From positions 86,180,001-86,244,000 of the forward strand of contig OZ024746.1 of assembly GCA_964016885.1 (NCBI GenBank): DNA of 64,000 bases. The letters are read 5' to 3'. Both the position numbers and the translations under genes were made by a program. Numbering within the stretch: the first letter of the stretch is position 1; each line of letters begins with the position of its first letter. This stretch comes from Eledone cirrhosa (taxonomy: Eukaryota). This document shows positions 26,555 through 41,291 of the stretch, in pieces. The notes beneath the pieces were generated by a model. It searched no databases. It was given only the letters and a program-made list of their open reading frames with translations, and was not told where the DNA came from.

Positions 26555-28127
26555 GTTTTTAATGTGGTGCGGAATTTGTGTTGTTTTTAATGTGGTGTGG
26601 CCATAGTGTTGTCTTTAATGTGGTGTGGCCATAGTGTTGTTTTTAATATGGTGTAGCCATAGTGTTGTTTTTAATGTGGTGTAGCCATAGTGTTGTTTTT
26701 AATGTGGTGTAGCCATAGTGTTGTTTTTAATGTGGTGTGGCCATAGTGTTGTTTTTAATGTGGTGTAGCCATAGTGTTGTTTTTAATGTGGTGTGGCCAT
26801 AGTGTTGTCTTTAATGTGGTGTAGCCATAGTGTTGTTTTTAATGTGGTGTGGCCATAGTGTTGTTTTTAATGTGGTGTAGCCATAGTGTTGTCTTTAATG
26901 TAGTGTGGCCATAGTGTTGTTTTTAATGTGGTGTAGCCATAGTGTTGTTTTTAATGTTGTGTAGCCATAGTGTTGTTTTTAATGTGGTGTAGCCATATTG
27001 TTGTTTTTAATGTAGTGTGGCCATAGTGTTGTTTTTAATGTGGTGTGGCCATAGTGTTGTCTTTAATGTGGTGTGGCCATAGTGTTGTTTTTAATGTGGT
27101 GTGGCCATAGTGTTGTTTTTAATGTGGTGTAGCCATAGTGTTGTTTTTAATGTAGTGTGGCCATAGTGTTGTTTTTAATGTGGTGTGGCCATAGTGTTGT
27201 CTTTAATGTGGTGCAGTCATGGTGTTGTCTTTAATGTGGTGTGGCCATAGTGTTGTCTTTAATGTGGTGTAGCCATAGTGTTGTTTTTAATGTGGTGTTG
27301 CCATAGTGTTGTTTTTAATGTAGTGTAGTCATAGTGTTGTTTTTAATGTGGTGCAGTCATGGTGTTGTTTTTAATGTGGTGTAGTCATAGTGTTGTTTTT
27401 AATGTGGTGCAGTCATGGTGTTGTTTTTAATGTGGTGCAGTCATGGTGTTGTTTTTAATGTGGTGTAGCCATAGTGTTGTTTTTAATGTGGTGTGGCCAT
27501 AGTGTTGTTTTTAATGTGGTGCAGTCATGGTGTTGTTTTTAATGTGGTGCAGTCATGGTGTTGTTTTTAATGTGCTGTAGCCATAGTGTTGTTTTTAATG
27601 TGGTGTGGCCATAGTGTTGTTTTTAATGTGGTGTAGCCATAGTGTTGTTTTTAATGTGGTGTGGCCATAGTGTTGTCTTTAATGTGGGGTAGCCATAGTG
27701 TTGTTTTTAATGTGGTGTGGCCATAGTGTTGTTTTTAATGTGGTGTAGCCATAGTGTTGTTTTTAATGTGGTGTAGCCATAGTGTTGTTTTTAATGTGGT
27801 GTAGCCATAGTGTTGTTTTTAATGTGGTGTGGCCATAGTGTTGTTTTTAATGTGGTGTGGCCATAGTGTTGTTTTTAATGTGGTGTAGTCATAGTGTTGT
27901 TTTTAATGTGGTGTGGTCATAGTGTTGTTTTTAATGTGGTGTAGTCATAGTGTTGTTTTTAATGTGGTGTAGCCATAGTGTTGTTTTTAATGTGGTGTGG
28001 CCATAGTGTTGTTTTTAATGTGGTGTGGCCATAGTGTTGTTTTTAATGTGGTGTAGCCATAGTGTTGTTTTTAATGTGGTGCAGTCATGTTGTTGTTTTT
28101 AATGTGGTGTAGTCATAGTGTTGTTTT
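26555..28127. repeat. 28-bp tandem satellite, ~56 copies
   Basis: TGTGGTGTRGCCATAGTGTTGTTTTTAA; CCATAG at 26601, 26629, ... Confidence 0.95.
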
Positions 28128-28239
28128 GTACTTTCCCAGAATATTTTGCTAATGTGGTTTTATGTGGTACTGTAGTACAGGACAGTAAGAGTTAAACATT
28201 AGTCGTGTACAGGCCTGCATACAGGCCTGTGTGTGTGTA

Positions 28240-28287
<48 letters not shown>

Positions 28288-28311
28288 CATGTACCTGTAT
28301 ATATATACATA

Positions 28312-28350
<39 letters not shown>

Positions 28351-28568
28351 GTGTGTGTGTGTGTGTCTGTGAGCATGTACCTGTATATATATACATATAT
28401 ATGTGTGTGTGTGTGTGTGTGTGTAAAAGGTAAACAGGAATAACAAAACAGCCGGCACAGTATATGAAAAGAATATATTAGATTAACGCTTGAAATAGCA
28501 GGAAGAGGAATTTAACGTTTCCAACGCTTCATATATGAGTATGCATATATATATGGGTGTGTATGTGT

Positions 28569-28609
<41 letters not shown>

Positions 28610-28715
28610 ATCTAATATATTCTTTTCATATACTGTGCCGGCTGTTTTGTTATTCCTGTTTACCTTTTACACACCAACACACACACATATATATGTATAT
28701 ATATACAGGTACATG

Positions 28716-28773
<58 letters not shown>

Positions 28774-28797
28774 TATGTATATATATACAGGTACATG

Positions 28798-28847
<50 letters not shown>

Positions 28848-28870
28848 TATGTATATATATACAGGTACAT
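28240..28870. repeat. Inverted repeat containing (CA)n-spaced ACAGGTACATGCTC units
   Basis: ~28240-28485 mirrored by 28608-28870. Confidence 0.7.
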
Positions 28871-28926
28871 GCTCACACACACACACACACACACATATAT
28901 GTATATATATACAGGTACATGCTTTC

Positions 28927-28959
<33 letters not shown>

Positions 28960-28980
28960 GTATATATATACAGGTACATG

Positions 28981-29048
<68 letters not shown>

Positions 29049-29941
29049 GATATAAATCATCAATTTTTTTACATAAATACATACATATATATTTACATAT
29101 AAACATATATACATGCATTCACCTGAGGCATATACAAACCATATATATATATATAAACATTTATAAAGAAACCACGGCAAAATATTGGATGTTTTGTGTA
29201 ATATGTGAAACAACAGACGTTAGACATACAAATGTGTGCGTAAGGTAAGTGTGTGAGTGTGTGCGTAAGTCTGTGAGTGCATGTATAAGTGTGCGAGTGC
29301 GTGTGTATGTCTGTGTGTCTCACTCTCTCTTTGTTTATCTTACTTCTATTCTCTATTTCTACCAAGTGCTGCTGCTTTTATTTCTACATATACCAATCAT
29401 TGATACACGTTATTTGAAATTGAAAAATTACGGAAATAACTTGCGCCTGCGCATAGTTCCTGTCAGATATTGAACTTGATGTCAAAGAGTTTTCGTATAT
29501 CATTGCGCATGCGTTAAGTCGGTACTGAGATTTATTTCGATAAATATTAGGTCGTCAAGTATGAAATTTGTATAAATTTATAGAGTAAAATAACAAATTT
29601 CTACAAAATTTAATAATTGACGATCCAATATATATAGCGTAGATTCTGCTATTGGTGTGTATGCCTCCGTCAGTGATAGTATACACAATGGCAGGATGTA
29701 TTGAGTTAACATGTCGTTATTTTAACATCGAAGAGAAATACAGCCGCTTTCAGATAACATAATTAGGCAACTTGGAGATGTGTGTAGATGTGTGTAGATG
29801 TGTGTAGATGTGTGTATTTGTGTGAGTATATATACATGTGTGTATAAATGTGTGTGAGTACATGAGATAAGTGTGTACGTATATATATATATATATACGT
29901 ATATACATATATACATACAAGTATACGTGTAGGTATATACT

Positions 29942-30010
<69 letters not shown>

Positions 30011-30258
30011 TTTAATAAATATATATATATATATATATACATACATACAAGTATACGTGTATGTATATACTTGTATATATATATATATATATATATTTTA
30101 ATAAATATATATATATATATATACATACATACAAGTATACGTGTATGTATATACTTGTATATATATATATATATATTAATAAATATATATATATATATAT
30201 ATACATACATACAAGTATACGTGTATGTATATACTTGTATATATATATATATATTTTA

Positions 30259-30377
<119 letters not shown>

Positions 30378-30479
30378 CATATATACATACAAATATATAT
30401 ATGTATATATGTGTGTATATATATATATATCCAGTTCGTGATTTGAACTCGGGAGTTTTATATTCTCCGAGCGAAAAGA

Positions 30480-30563
30480 ACCCTCTGACGAAAGTCTTCT
30501 TCTCAATGGATTTCCGCATGGATTATCCATTTATTTTGAGACTTGAAACCGCACGGTAAGGGT
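30480..30563 (+). ncRNA. Type I hammerhead ribozyme within a ~200-bp TA-flanked fragment (30431-30633)
   Basis: ACCCT-CTGACGA-AAGTCT(41 nt)AGACTT-GAAA-CCG(CA)CGG-TA-AGGGT. Confidence 0.8.
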
Positions 30564-30630
30564 AATTACAGCAGGCACAGTGAACTTTTTAAAATTTATT
30601 TTAAAACTGTTTCTTATTTGCTAAACCTTG

Positions 30631-30663
<33 letters not shown>

Positions 30664-30682
30664 GTGTATGTATATACATGCA

Positions 30683-30781
<99 letters not shown>

Positions 30782-30799
30782 GTGTATGTATATACATGC

Positions 30800-30859
<60 letters not shown>

Positions 30860-30972
30860 GCATATATACACATACATATATATATACGTGTATGTATATA
30901 CATGTATATATACATATACATATATACATACACACACTCACACTCACACAGACACACACACACACACTCACA

Positions 30973-31071
<99 letters not shown>

Positions 31072-31589
31072 AAGGGGGGGGGGGTGAGTGAAAATGTAGA
31101 CATATTGGATATCGTTTGTAAGTACTTCCTGGTTCATATCCACTGAAGATCGGTCATTTTGTTACAATATCTATCCCAAAAATCCGTTAGTATACTAATT
31201 GTCCACTTAGGAAGTACCAACAAGCATCTGATATACTTTACGTTTGATTAGTTCAAGTATAAATATATGTGGTGTAAAATAGAAAAAAAGTACTAATACA
31301 TAAGTAAAAAAATTAACATAAACAAAAAGTAAACACTGAAAAGGGGAAAAAAACAGCTAGAAAAATATTTGTTTTCTCGTGTTTGGAAGTGTCAAATTAT
31401 TTATTAGCTGGCTCTCCGTCGTTTACGACGACGAGTGTTCCAGTTGGTGAGGTGTAAAATATGAAAAAAATGTACAAACATATGCGTAAAAAAAAAAATC
31501 AAAGACCAAACGTAAACACTGAAAATGAGGAAAAAACAGGCAGAAAAATAATTTTTCTCGTGTTTGGAAGTATCGAATTATTTATAAAC

Positions 31590-31872
31590 TGGTGCTCCGT
31601 CGGTTACGACGACGAGTATTCCAGTTGATCCGATCAACGGAACAGCCTGCTCGTGAAATTAATGTGCGAGTAACTGAGCATTCCATAGACACGCATACCC
31701 TCAACGTAGTTCTCAGGGAGATTCAGTGTGACACGGAATATGACAAGTCTAGCCTTTCGAATTACAGATACAACTCATTTTTGTCAGCTGAGTGGACTGG
31801 TGCAACATGAAGTAAAGTGTCTTGCTCAAGGACACAACGCATCGCCGGGAATCGAACTCACTACCTCACGAT
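31590..31872 (-). mobile_element. SINE family B-related
   Basis: GTGTCTTGCTCAAGGACACAACGC..GGGAATCGAACTC; related to 34483-34770. Confidence 0.7.
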
Positions 31873-31994
31873 GCTAAAGGGTTAATTTCAAAATTATCTT
31901 CAATGGTTTTAGTATATGGCTGGCTTTTCGTTGATCAGAGGCTTGTTTAATTTATGGTACAATTGTTTCATAAAACCTACAGTGTGACAAATGT

Positions 31995-32160
31995 GTCCGA
32001 ACACGGAAGAATCGAACTCCCACTCTCATTGCCTTCATCTCTCACGCCCTCCCCATCTCTGTGTATTATGAGCAAATGGGGTCCAACGTGCTGTCCGTCC
32101 CACAGCCCCGGCGGATAGAATGGAGAAGGCATTTCCCCGAAGGAAAGTAAGGGAGATGTG
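31995..32160. repeat. Unclassified dispersed repeat (second copy ~35082-35248)
   Basis: Shared TATTATGAGCAAATGGGGTCC.ACGTGCTG and AGAATGGAGAAGGC.TTTCC. Confidence 0.6.
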
Positions 32161-32308
32161 CTGGAAGAGCCAGTCCATCTCGAGAGGCTCACACCTGCGA
32201 CTGGCCAGCTCTGTGAGCCGAATGTTCTAACCACTAAGCTATGCGCCTTCACCGAATTATTTATATCAACTAGGTAAAACACTCAATTCTCTCTCTTACT
32301 ACCCCTTT

Positions 32309-32391
<83 letters not shown>

Positions 32392-33248
32392 CCTCTCTCT
32401 CTCTAGCTTCTCCTCTTTCTCCCATTACTTCTTTCTGCCACTCCCCCAATCTCTCTCGCAGACATGAGCCAACGAAACAACTTCTAAGCCCGACGTATTC
32501 AGCCATCGTACGCTGCATATTTATTCACAGGTGTTCCGCAGGTTTTTTACGCGAGTTCGAAAATGCCAATATATTTAACCCTTTTTCAAATTATTTGGAA
32601 AATAATGAACAATTAGGAGAGATTTAGTAATATAACTAAATTTTCCATTATAATGCTGGTATTTAGAACATAACTTAACAAAGGCCCTTACATAAAAATA
32701 CGATGGAAGGTTTTTTTTTATAAATATAAATGCTGTAACTCTTTCGTTACCTTATTTGTAATGAAAATAATCAAGAATTCGGAGGGATTTAGTAATATAA
32801 CAAGTGTTTCAACATTAAGTTGTGATGGAAGATGTTTAGATAAATATAAATGCTTTAAAATAATAAATTTTGTATCAAAGAACAAGTTTGGTATTAAAAG
32901 GACTAAAGAAAACTTGAATATTTTTAATACCGCGCATCAGTGCATGTGTAAAAAAGCGTACAGCCATCTCTGTTTTAAAACAATTTTCTTACTAGTTATT
33001 GTAGAGTGTTGTGTATCATATTGCATGTAATATTGGGAACATACTTCTGCCACTGTGGTCTACATTAGGTTATGTTACAGAAGTATAAAAATTATGATTT
33101 TAATTTTCTTTTAATTTTATAGTGCTAAAATGAATGCTAATTCGCAAAAGTCTCATTGGGGGAATAACTCTTATATAATTGTTTCCTACTTCACGGTGCT
33201 TTAAAAGATTCTCGGATTCAAGTAATGATTATTCTAGATCGCTTATAA

Positions 33249-33441
33249 TAATTGTTTCTACTTTTGGCACAAGGCCAGCATTTATCCCAGTGTATTACTG
33301 GTACTTTATTTTATCGACCCCGTAAGGATGAAAGGCAAAGTTAACCTCGGCGGGATTTGAACTCAGATCATAAAGGACCGTAACTCTATGCTGCAAAGCA
33401 TGGCGTCCGACCCTCTACCGATACTGCCAATCCAACGCCCT
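33249..33441 (-). mobile_element. SINE family A
   Basis: Full-length match to other copies. Confidence 0.8.
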
Positions 33442-33890
33442 TAGATCGTTTATAATAATGTATCCTGTTTATGTTTCAAATTCTCCAAGGAGATATTTCC
33501 TCATATGTGGGCATGTAGAGCACATCCCATTTCTTCTTCATTGGGTATCATCTGTTATTAATAATGAGACTTTTCCGCAATATATGGTTGCATCTACGCA
33601 TGCTATTTACGTATAGTATAGTTTTTAACAATACTCCATTTTATTAGAATATTATTAATTCTTCTGCTTCTGAATTTCCAGAAATATTAGGCTAATAAAA
33701 TTCATTTTATTTTGTGTCTGGATTTGAATGAATATGAGCCGTATGTAGAAGATTTTGAAGGTGGTCTCTATTGTCTGTACGTTTTCTGTTGAATGTTTGA
33801 ATTCTTTATATCACAATTTTTAGTTGAATTCATGGCTTGTTGATTAGTGTTATACAGCCTAGAAATACATTCTAAACAGTCATTTATGAC

Positions 33891-34208
33891 ATACAGCTTA
33901 GATAGAGCCCTTAATTCCTGACGAAGTCGTAGATACGTTGTCTTGACACACAGCATGTCTTTGCATATAAAACCTGGTCGAAACCATAGGTATACGTTCT
34001 AAACAGACATCTATAGCATACAGCTGAGATAGAGCCCTTAATTCCTGACGAAGTCGTAGATACGTTGCCTTGACACACAGCATGTCTTTGCATATAAAAC
34101 CTGGTCGAAACCATAGGTATACGTTCTAAACAGACATCTATAGCATACAGCTGAGATAGAGCCCTTAATTCCTGACGAAGTCGTAGATACGTTGTCCTGA
34201 CACACAGC
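33891..34208. repeat. 127-bp tandem repeat, 2.5 copies
   Basis: CTGACGAAGTCG at 33918, 34045, 34172. Confidence 0.9.
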
Positions 34209-34482
34209 AAACTATCCCTCGCCAGGTTAGAATACAATCGATTTATTCTAGAAAATAAGAGTGGGGGAGAGAAAGAGAAGAGGGATAAAGATAAAAACCA
34301 ACTGCAGAACTCGACTGGTATTTTATTTATCGATCTGGAAAGGATGAAAAGTAAAGCTGACCTCCACGGGATTTGAACTCTGAACGCAGAGAGCCGGAAC
34401 AAATACCGAGGCATTCTTAATAAGTCACCCTAACGCCTCTGTCAATTCACTGCCTCTTCCTAGACATATATCCTAGATAAGT

Positions 34483-34770
34483 GAAGGCGAGTGACTTGGT
34501 GGTCAGTGTTTTCGGGTCATGATCATAAAGTCGTGAGTTCGATTCCTGCCGGCCCGTGTTGTCCTTGGGCAAAACACTATATTTCACGTCACTCCAGTCC
34601 ACTCAGTTGGCAAAAATGAGTTGTACTTGTAATTCGAAGGTTAAGTCTCACACGTGTTCAGTATCACACGTGTCTGTGGAATGCTAAGCCATAAGTACGA
34701 TACAATTCATGAGCAGGTTATTCTATTGATCGAACCAACTGGAACATTAGTCGTCATAGAGTGCCAGTAA
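34483..34770 (+). mobile_element. SINE family B-related
   Basis: GAGTTCGATTCC, TGTCCTTGGGCAAAACACT, CCAGTCCACTCAG. Confidence 0.7.
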
Positions 34771-35354
34771 TACCCTAGATATTCTACCATTTTATTCATT
34801 CTAGACATACCTCCACCCCACTAAAAACAACTAAACTAGGAAGAGAAATACCAATTAGTATTCCTTCTTTGTTACTAGAACCCACTTCTGTAGAGCTGCT
34901 TCTCTTAATAAAAACCACCCAGGGAGCTTCTATATGGTGACAAGACTTGCTAGAAATAGTAGACATCTTAACACCACAAAGACACGTGAATTGAATGTGA
35001 TGTATACGAGGAAAAAATAAGACTAGTTATAAGTAATTATGAATCACTACCTCCTTACGAACAACTGACGCTGCACACCTGGTCCGAACACAGAACAGCC
35101 GAACTCCCACTGTAATCGTCTCCATCTTTCTCGCCCACCCGATCTCTCTCTCTCTATTATGAGCAAATGGGGTCCCACGTGCTGGCTATCCCCGGCCCCT
35201 GCGGACAGAATGGAGAAGGCGTTTCCTCGGAGGATGGTATGGGAGATCTTTGGATAATGTTCTACTGGACTTATTGTGTCTGAATGAAGATAGGATGATT
35301 ACTGCTGGACCGTAATTTGACCATAGGTCAACTTGATTAGGGCTTATGTAGAGG

Positions 35355-35472
35355 TGAACATCTTCACCACCACCACCACCATCATCATCATCAACATCTT
35401 CAACACCTCCACCACCATCATCATCATCTTCACCATCACCATCACCATCCTCATCATCATCAACATCTTCAG

Positions 35473-35522
<50 letters not shown>

Positions 35523-36630
35523 CCACTACCACCACCACCATCATCATCAACATCTTCACTCCACCACCACCACCATCAACATCTTCACCACCACCACCAC
35601 CACCACCACCACCACCACCATCACCATCATCACCATCATCATCAACATCATCAACATCTTCACCACCACCACCACCACCACCCTCTTCATCATCATCATA
35701 TTCATCATCAACATCTTCACCACCACCACCACCAACAACACCACCACCAACACCACCAACACCACCAACACCAACCAACAACAACACCACCAACCAACAA
35801 CAACAACAACACCATCACCAACCACCACCAACACCACCAACAACACCAGCCAACAACAACACCACCAACACCACCACCAACACCACCAACACCAACCAAC
35901 ATCAACAACAACACCACCACCACCAACCACCACCAACAACAACACCACCAACAACGACACCACCACCACCAACACCACGAACAACACCACCAACACCACC
36001 AACACCACCAACCACCACCAACACCACCAACAACACCACCAACACCACCAACACCACCAACCACCACCAACACCACCAACACCACCACCAACACCACCAA
36101 CACCAACCAACAACAACAACAACACCACCACCACCAACCACCAACAACAACACCACCACGAACAACAACGACACCACCACCACCACCAACACCACCACCA
36201 ACACCACCAACACCACCAACACCACCAACCACCACCAACACCACCAATAACACCACCAACACCAACCAACACCACCAACATCACCAACAACAACAATACC
36301 ATCACCAACCACCACCAACACCACCAACACCAACCAACAACACCACCACCAACTAACAACAAAACAACACCACCACCAACAACACCACCACCACCACCAA
36401 CAACCAACAACATCACCGCCAACCAACAACAACACCACCACCAACCACCACCAACACCACCAACAACACCAGCCAACAACACCGCCACCAACCAACAACA
36501 ACAACAACACCACCAACAACAACAACAACACCACCACCACCACCACCACCAACCACCACCAACACCACCACCAACCACCAACACAACCACCAACACAACC
36601 ACCAACAACACCACCACAACATCAACAGCA
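35355..36630. repeat. (CAC/CAA/CAT)n low-complexity tract
   Basis: Direct reading; its ORFs are compositional artefacts. Confidence 0.9.
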
Positions 36631-36972
36631 AGTTTAATCATAATTACAGATATACAGATAAACTATTTAACAGTGGGAATAAGACCACATACAATCACCC
36701 CCACCCACCCCGCAACATTGATATATCCAAGATGGTTTCTGGGATACGTATATGTTGTTTTTTTTTGTGTTTTTCTCCCTCCATTGTGTTTGTGTGTGGT
36801 TTTAATTTCACTTCAATATCCTTTCATCTTGTTTTTTAATCCTATATACATAAAAAACAACACTATATATATATATATATATGAATATATGTATATATAT
36901 ATATATATATATGTATGTATATATATATTTATACACACACACTCACACACATATATATATATAATATAATAT

Positions 36973-37162
36973 AATTGTTTCTATTTTAGGCACAAGGCCA
37001 GCAATTACCCAGTGCATTACTGGTACTTTATTTTATCGACCCCCGTAAGGATGAAAGGCAAAGTCAACCTCGGCGGGATTTGAACTCAGATCGTAAAGGG
37101 ACATAACTATGCTGGAAAGCATGGCGTCCGACCCTCTACCGATACTGCCAATCCACCGCCCT
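36973..37162 (-). mobile_element. SINE family A
   Basis: Full-length match to other copies. Confidence 0.8.
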
Positions 37163-37257
37163 AATATAATATAATATAATATATATTATACATATATATA
37201 TAATATATATATAATACATATATATAATAATATATATATAATACATGTATGTGTAAG

Positions 37258-37303
<46 letters not shown>

Positions 37304-37305
<2 letters not shown>

Positions 37306-37533
37306 TTATTAAAATAACAGATTAAAGTTTAAGCAAAGAATCGCTGCTTTCACCCTTAACGGGATCTTCTGAAACAGTTTCAGAAGATCCCGTTAAGGGT
37401 GAAAGCAGCGATTCTTTGCTTAAACTTTAATCTGTTATTTTAATAAATATTTGCTCTACTGTTCTTATATATATGATATATATTTATCCTTATCGAGCCC
37501 TCTTTGGATTTTAGTCTTCAAATTTATTATTAT

Positions 37534-37538
<5 letters not shown>
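37304..37538 (+). mobile_element. Perfect 72-bp-arm palindrome plus tail (37449-37538), CAGAAGA hammerhead-like family
   Basis: 37304-37375 mirrors 37377-37448; AGTTT-CAGAAGA-TCCC(GTTAA)GGGT-GAAA-GCA(9)TGC-TT-AAACT at 37376-37426. Confidence 0.75.
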
Positions 37539-37604
<66 letters not shown>

Positions 37605-38390
37605 CCTTCCATATGCTGTACCGATTGTGTTGTTTACCTTTTACATATCTCTCTCTCTCTATATATATATATATACACATATGTGTGTGTGTGTGTGCAT
37701 ATATAATATATATAATACATATATGTGTTACATATATATATTTATTTGTGTGTGTATGTGTGTATGTATGTATGTATTATATATTTGTACACACCCATAC
37801 ATACATACATACATACATACATACATACATACATACATACATACATACATACATACATACATACATAAAACACACACATATTGATTCAAGCAAACACACA
37901 TACAAAAAATCAACAACAAAAAAACTCAACAACAAAATAATACAACACTGATAACAAAAAAAAAAAAAACTGTTAAAAAACAGAAAAGTTATGGCTAAGG
38001 ATTGAACCCGTGGGACCATAATATCAAACAAAGAGCATTGATGCTGCCATAACACTTTTCTTTATTGTTTCTTCTGCTATTTTCCGATGACATCAAAATC
38101 TCTGCTTGTGTTGTGTTAACCTCGATAGGAAACCTTATAGCGTTACAAATTCCTTTGAAAAAAAAAGGCGTCTTGAAAACGGTCCATTGTTTTTAAACAT
38201 ATATGTTATGTATGTATAGTATGTAATGTGTATGTATATATGAATATATCTATGTATGGATGTATGTGTATGTATGGATATATGTTATGTGTGTATTGTA
38301 TGTGTGTATGGGTATGTCTACGTGAAAGTATATGTGTGTATATGTGTATATTTGTTTGTATGTATGTATGTATGTATGTATGTATGTATG

Positions 38391-38422
<32 letters not shown>

Positions 38423-39148
38423 AAGCCACATTCGATCGCAGCGCTGTTATTTGCTTTTCGTGTGTGTGTGTGTGTGTTTAAATATGTTTATGTGTGTGCG
38501 CGTGTGTGTATATATATATATATGTATATCATTATTGTTGTTGTTGTCGTCGTTATTATTATTGTTATTATTATGGATATTTTTCCCTCGTGCAATGGCC
38601 ATACTCGATAACGAGGGGGCAGCCATCATCATGTATGTATGTATGTATGTATGTATGTATGTATGTATGTATGTATGTATGTATGTATGTATGTATGTAT
38701 GTATGAATATATGTCTGTATGTATGTATGTGTATGTATTGATGAACGTGTGTATGTGTATGTGTTTGTTTCTATATATGTATGTGTGTATGTATATATGT
38801 ATGTGAGTATGTATATATGTATGTATGTGTATGTATGTGTGTATGGGTATGTCTACGTGAAAGTATGTGTGTGTATATGTGTATATGTGTATATGTGTAT
38901 GTATGTATGTATGTATGTATGTATGAATATATATATGTATGTATATGTATTGATGTATATGTGTATGGCTATGTCTACGTGAAAGTATGTGTATGTATGT
39001 GTTTATGTGTTTGTTTATAAATATGTATGTGTGTATGTATGTACGTATGTATGTATGTGTATGTATGGATGGATGTGTGCGTGTATGTCTGTACGAAGGT
39101 CTGTATGATTGTGTGTGTGAGTGAATGTATGCATATATATATGTACAC

Positions 39149-39306
<158 letters not shown>

Positions 39307-39323
39307 ATACAAATTCAGAAACG

Positions 39324-39383
<60 letters not shown>

Positions 39384-39585
39384 ATACTTTGGGAGGGTCA
39401 TGTTGCCAATAAGAAACACACGCACCAGTTGCTTTCACTTCAATTTATTATATATTTATAAATTTACACACGATTTCAGATAAAGAATCTTGCTAAACAA
39501 ATTCAGAAACGAAATATATATATATATATATATAAAATATTAAACAAATAATGAACAAACAATTCCTTATATTAAACAAAAAAAG

Positions 39586-39740
39586 TTCACTATTTAACGA
39601 TCGTTTCTAGGGTATATATGTGCTATAATTGGTATGCATATTTAACAGATCTATGTACAAAATTATACAAAATTATACAAATTATCAAGATTAAATATAC
39701 ATACCTAACACATATATACGCCGTCTTCAGAAATAATGAA
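39586..39740 (-). ncRNA. Hammerhead ribozyme, mirror copy
   Basis: Reverse complement of 51112-51266. Confidence 0.75.
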
Positions 39741-40517
39741 GTATATTTATTGATAATAACAACAATTCAAAATATCAGTTCAAAATTGACCAATGAAAAC
39801 ACAAAGGGTTAAAAAACAGTTTGGTGTGTGTATATACATGTAAAACCCTACACACATTTTACAATAATGTGTGTATAATATGTATGTGCATACTAAAAAG
39901 ATGGATGCAAATAAAAAATTTCAAGGTTAATATCTCTGTAAGCTTAATGCGCTGATAAGAAACGCAATGATACTTATGTAGTCAAGCATATAAATATATT
40001 TTTTTCATACTCACACATATCAGTATAATCACACATACATGTGCGTATATATATAAAAAATATACACATAACCACGAACACACAAACACACACACACCCC
40101 CCACTCACATTTATATATGTGGATATAAAATCATAAGCAAATAGAAATTAAGTCACTCACATAAACACACTGGTACAACCATTTCAAGATCAAGATACAG
40201 AAATTAGGTGGGAGGGGGGGGGAGGGTTCAGTATTAGGTTGTCAGACAGACAGCCTAATATAAATGTATCTATAAATTATGAAAAATAAAAATAAAAAAA
40301 TAAAAACAATAAAATATATTACATATAATATAATGTACATACGCATACAGATATACATACACATACGTACATGTACGCGCACATAGAGATATCTACACAT
40401 ACATACATACACACATACCTATACTGTCATACACACACATACATTTACACGAACATACACATACACATATAAAAAGATAAAAATACGGACACACACACGC
40501 GCAACACATACACACAT

Positions 40518-40566
<49 letters not shown>

Positions 40567-40683
40567 TATACACACACACACATAGACTCATATATATATA
40601 CATACACATACATATACTTATACATAAACATATATATATCCCACACTCATACCACCATGAAAACACATACAAACATCCAGATG

Positions 40684-40725
<42 letters not shown>

Positions 40726-40822
40726 AACATACACACACGTACACATATATGCATATATACATACATATATACACACATACACATATATATATATATACAC
40801 ACACACATAAAATACAGACATG

Positions 40823-40853
<31 letters not shown>

Positions 40854-40949
40854 TTCATTACCCTTATATATACACATAGTATATATACATACACAACCTC
40901 ACTTATACACATATACACATAAGTTATATTACAATAATAATAAAGAATA

Positions 40950-40980
<31 letters not shown>

Positions 40981-41119
40981 TATACACACATATACACATA
41001 TACATACATACACATACATATACATACATACATACACATACATACATACACCTAAATATAAACATATATAAATACACACATACGAATAAAGACATATATT
41101 CACACATAGACACCTATAT

Positions 41120-41163
<44 letters not shown>

Positions 41164-41251
41164 ATATACACACACATACACATACATACACATATATATA
41201 TATAAACACATATATACACACGCACACACATACAGACACACATACACACTC

Positions 41252-41291
<40 letters not shown>

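Noticed and set aside
29440-29515. NRF1-like TGCGCATGCG motifs and YY1-like GCCGCCATGTT (26396) as a host promoter
   Set aside because: Short motifs with no supportable downstream exon
35333-36641. Pro/Thr-rich extensin- or mucin-like ORFs
   Set aside because: Trinucleotide low-complexity tract open in many frames; no domain or splice evidence
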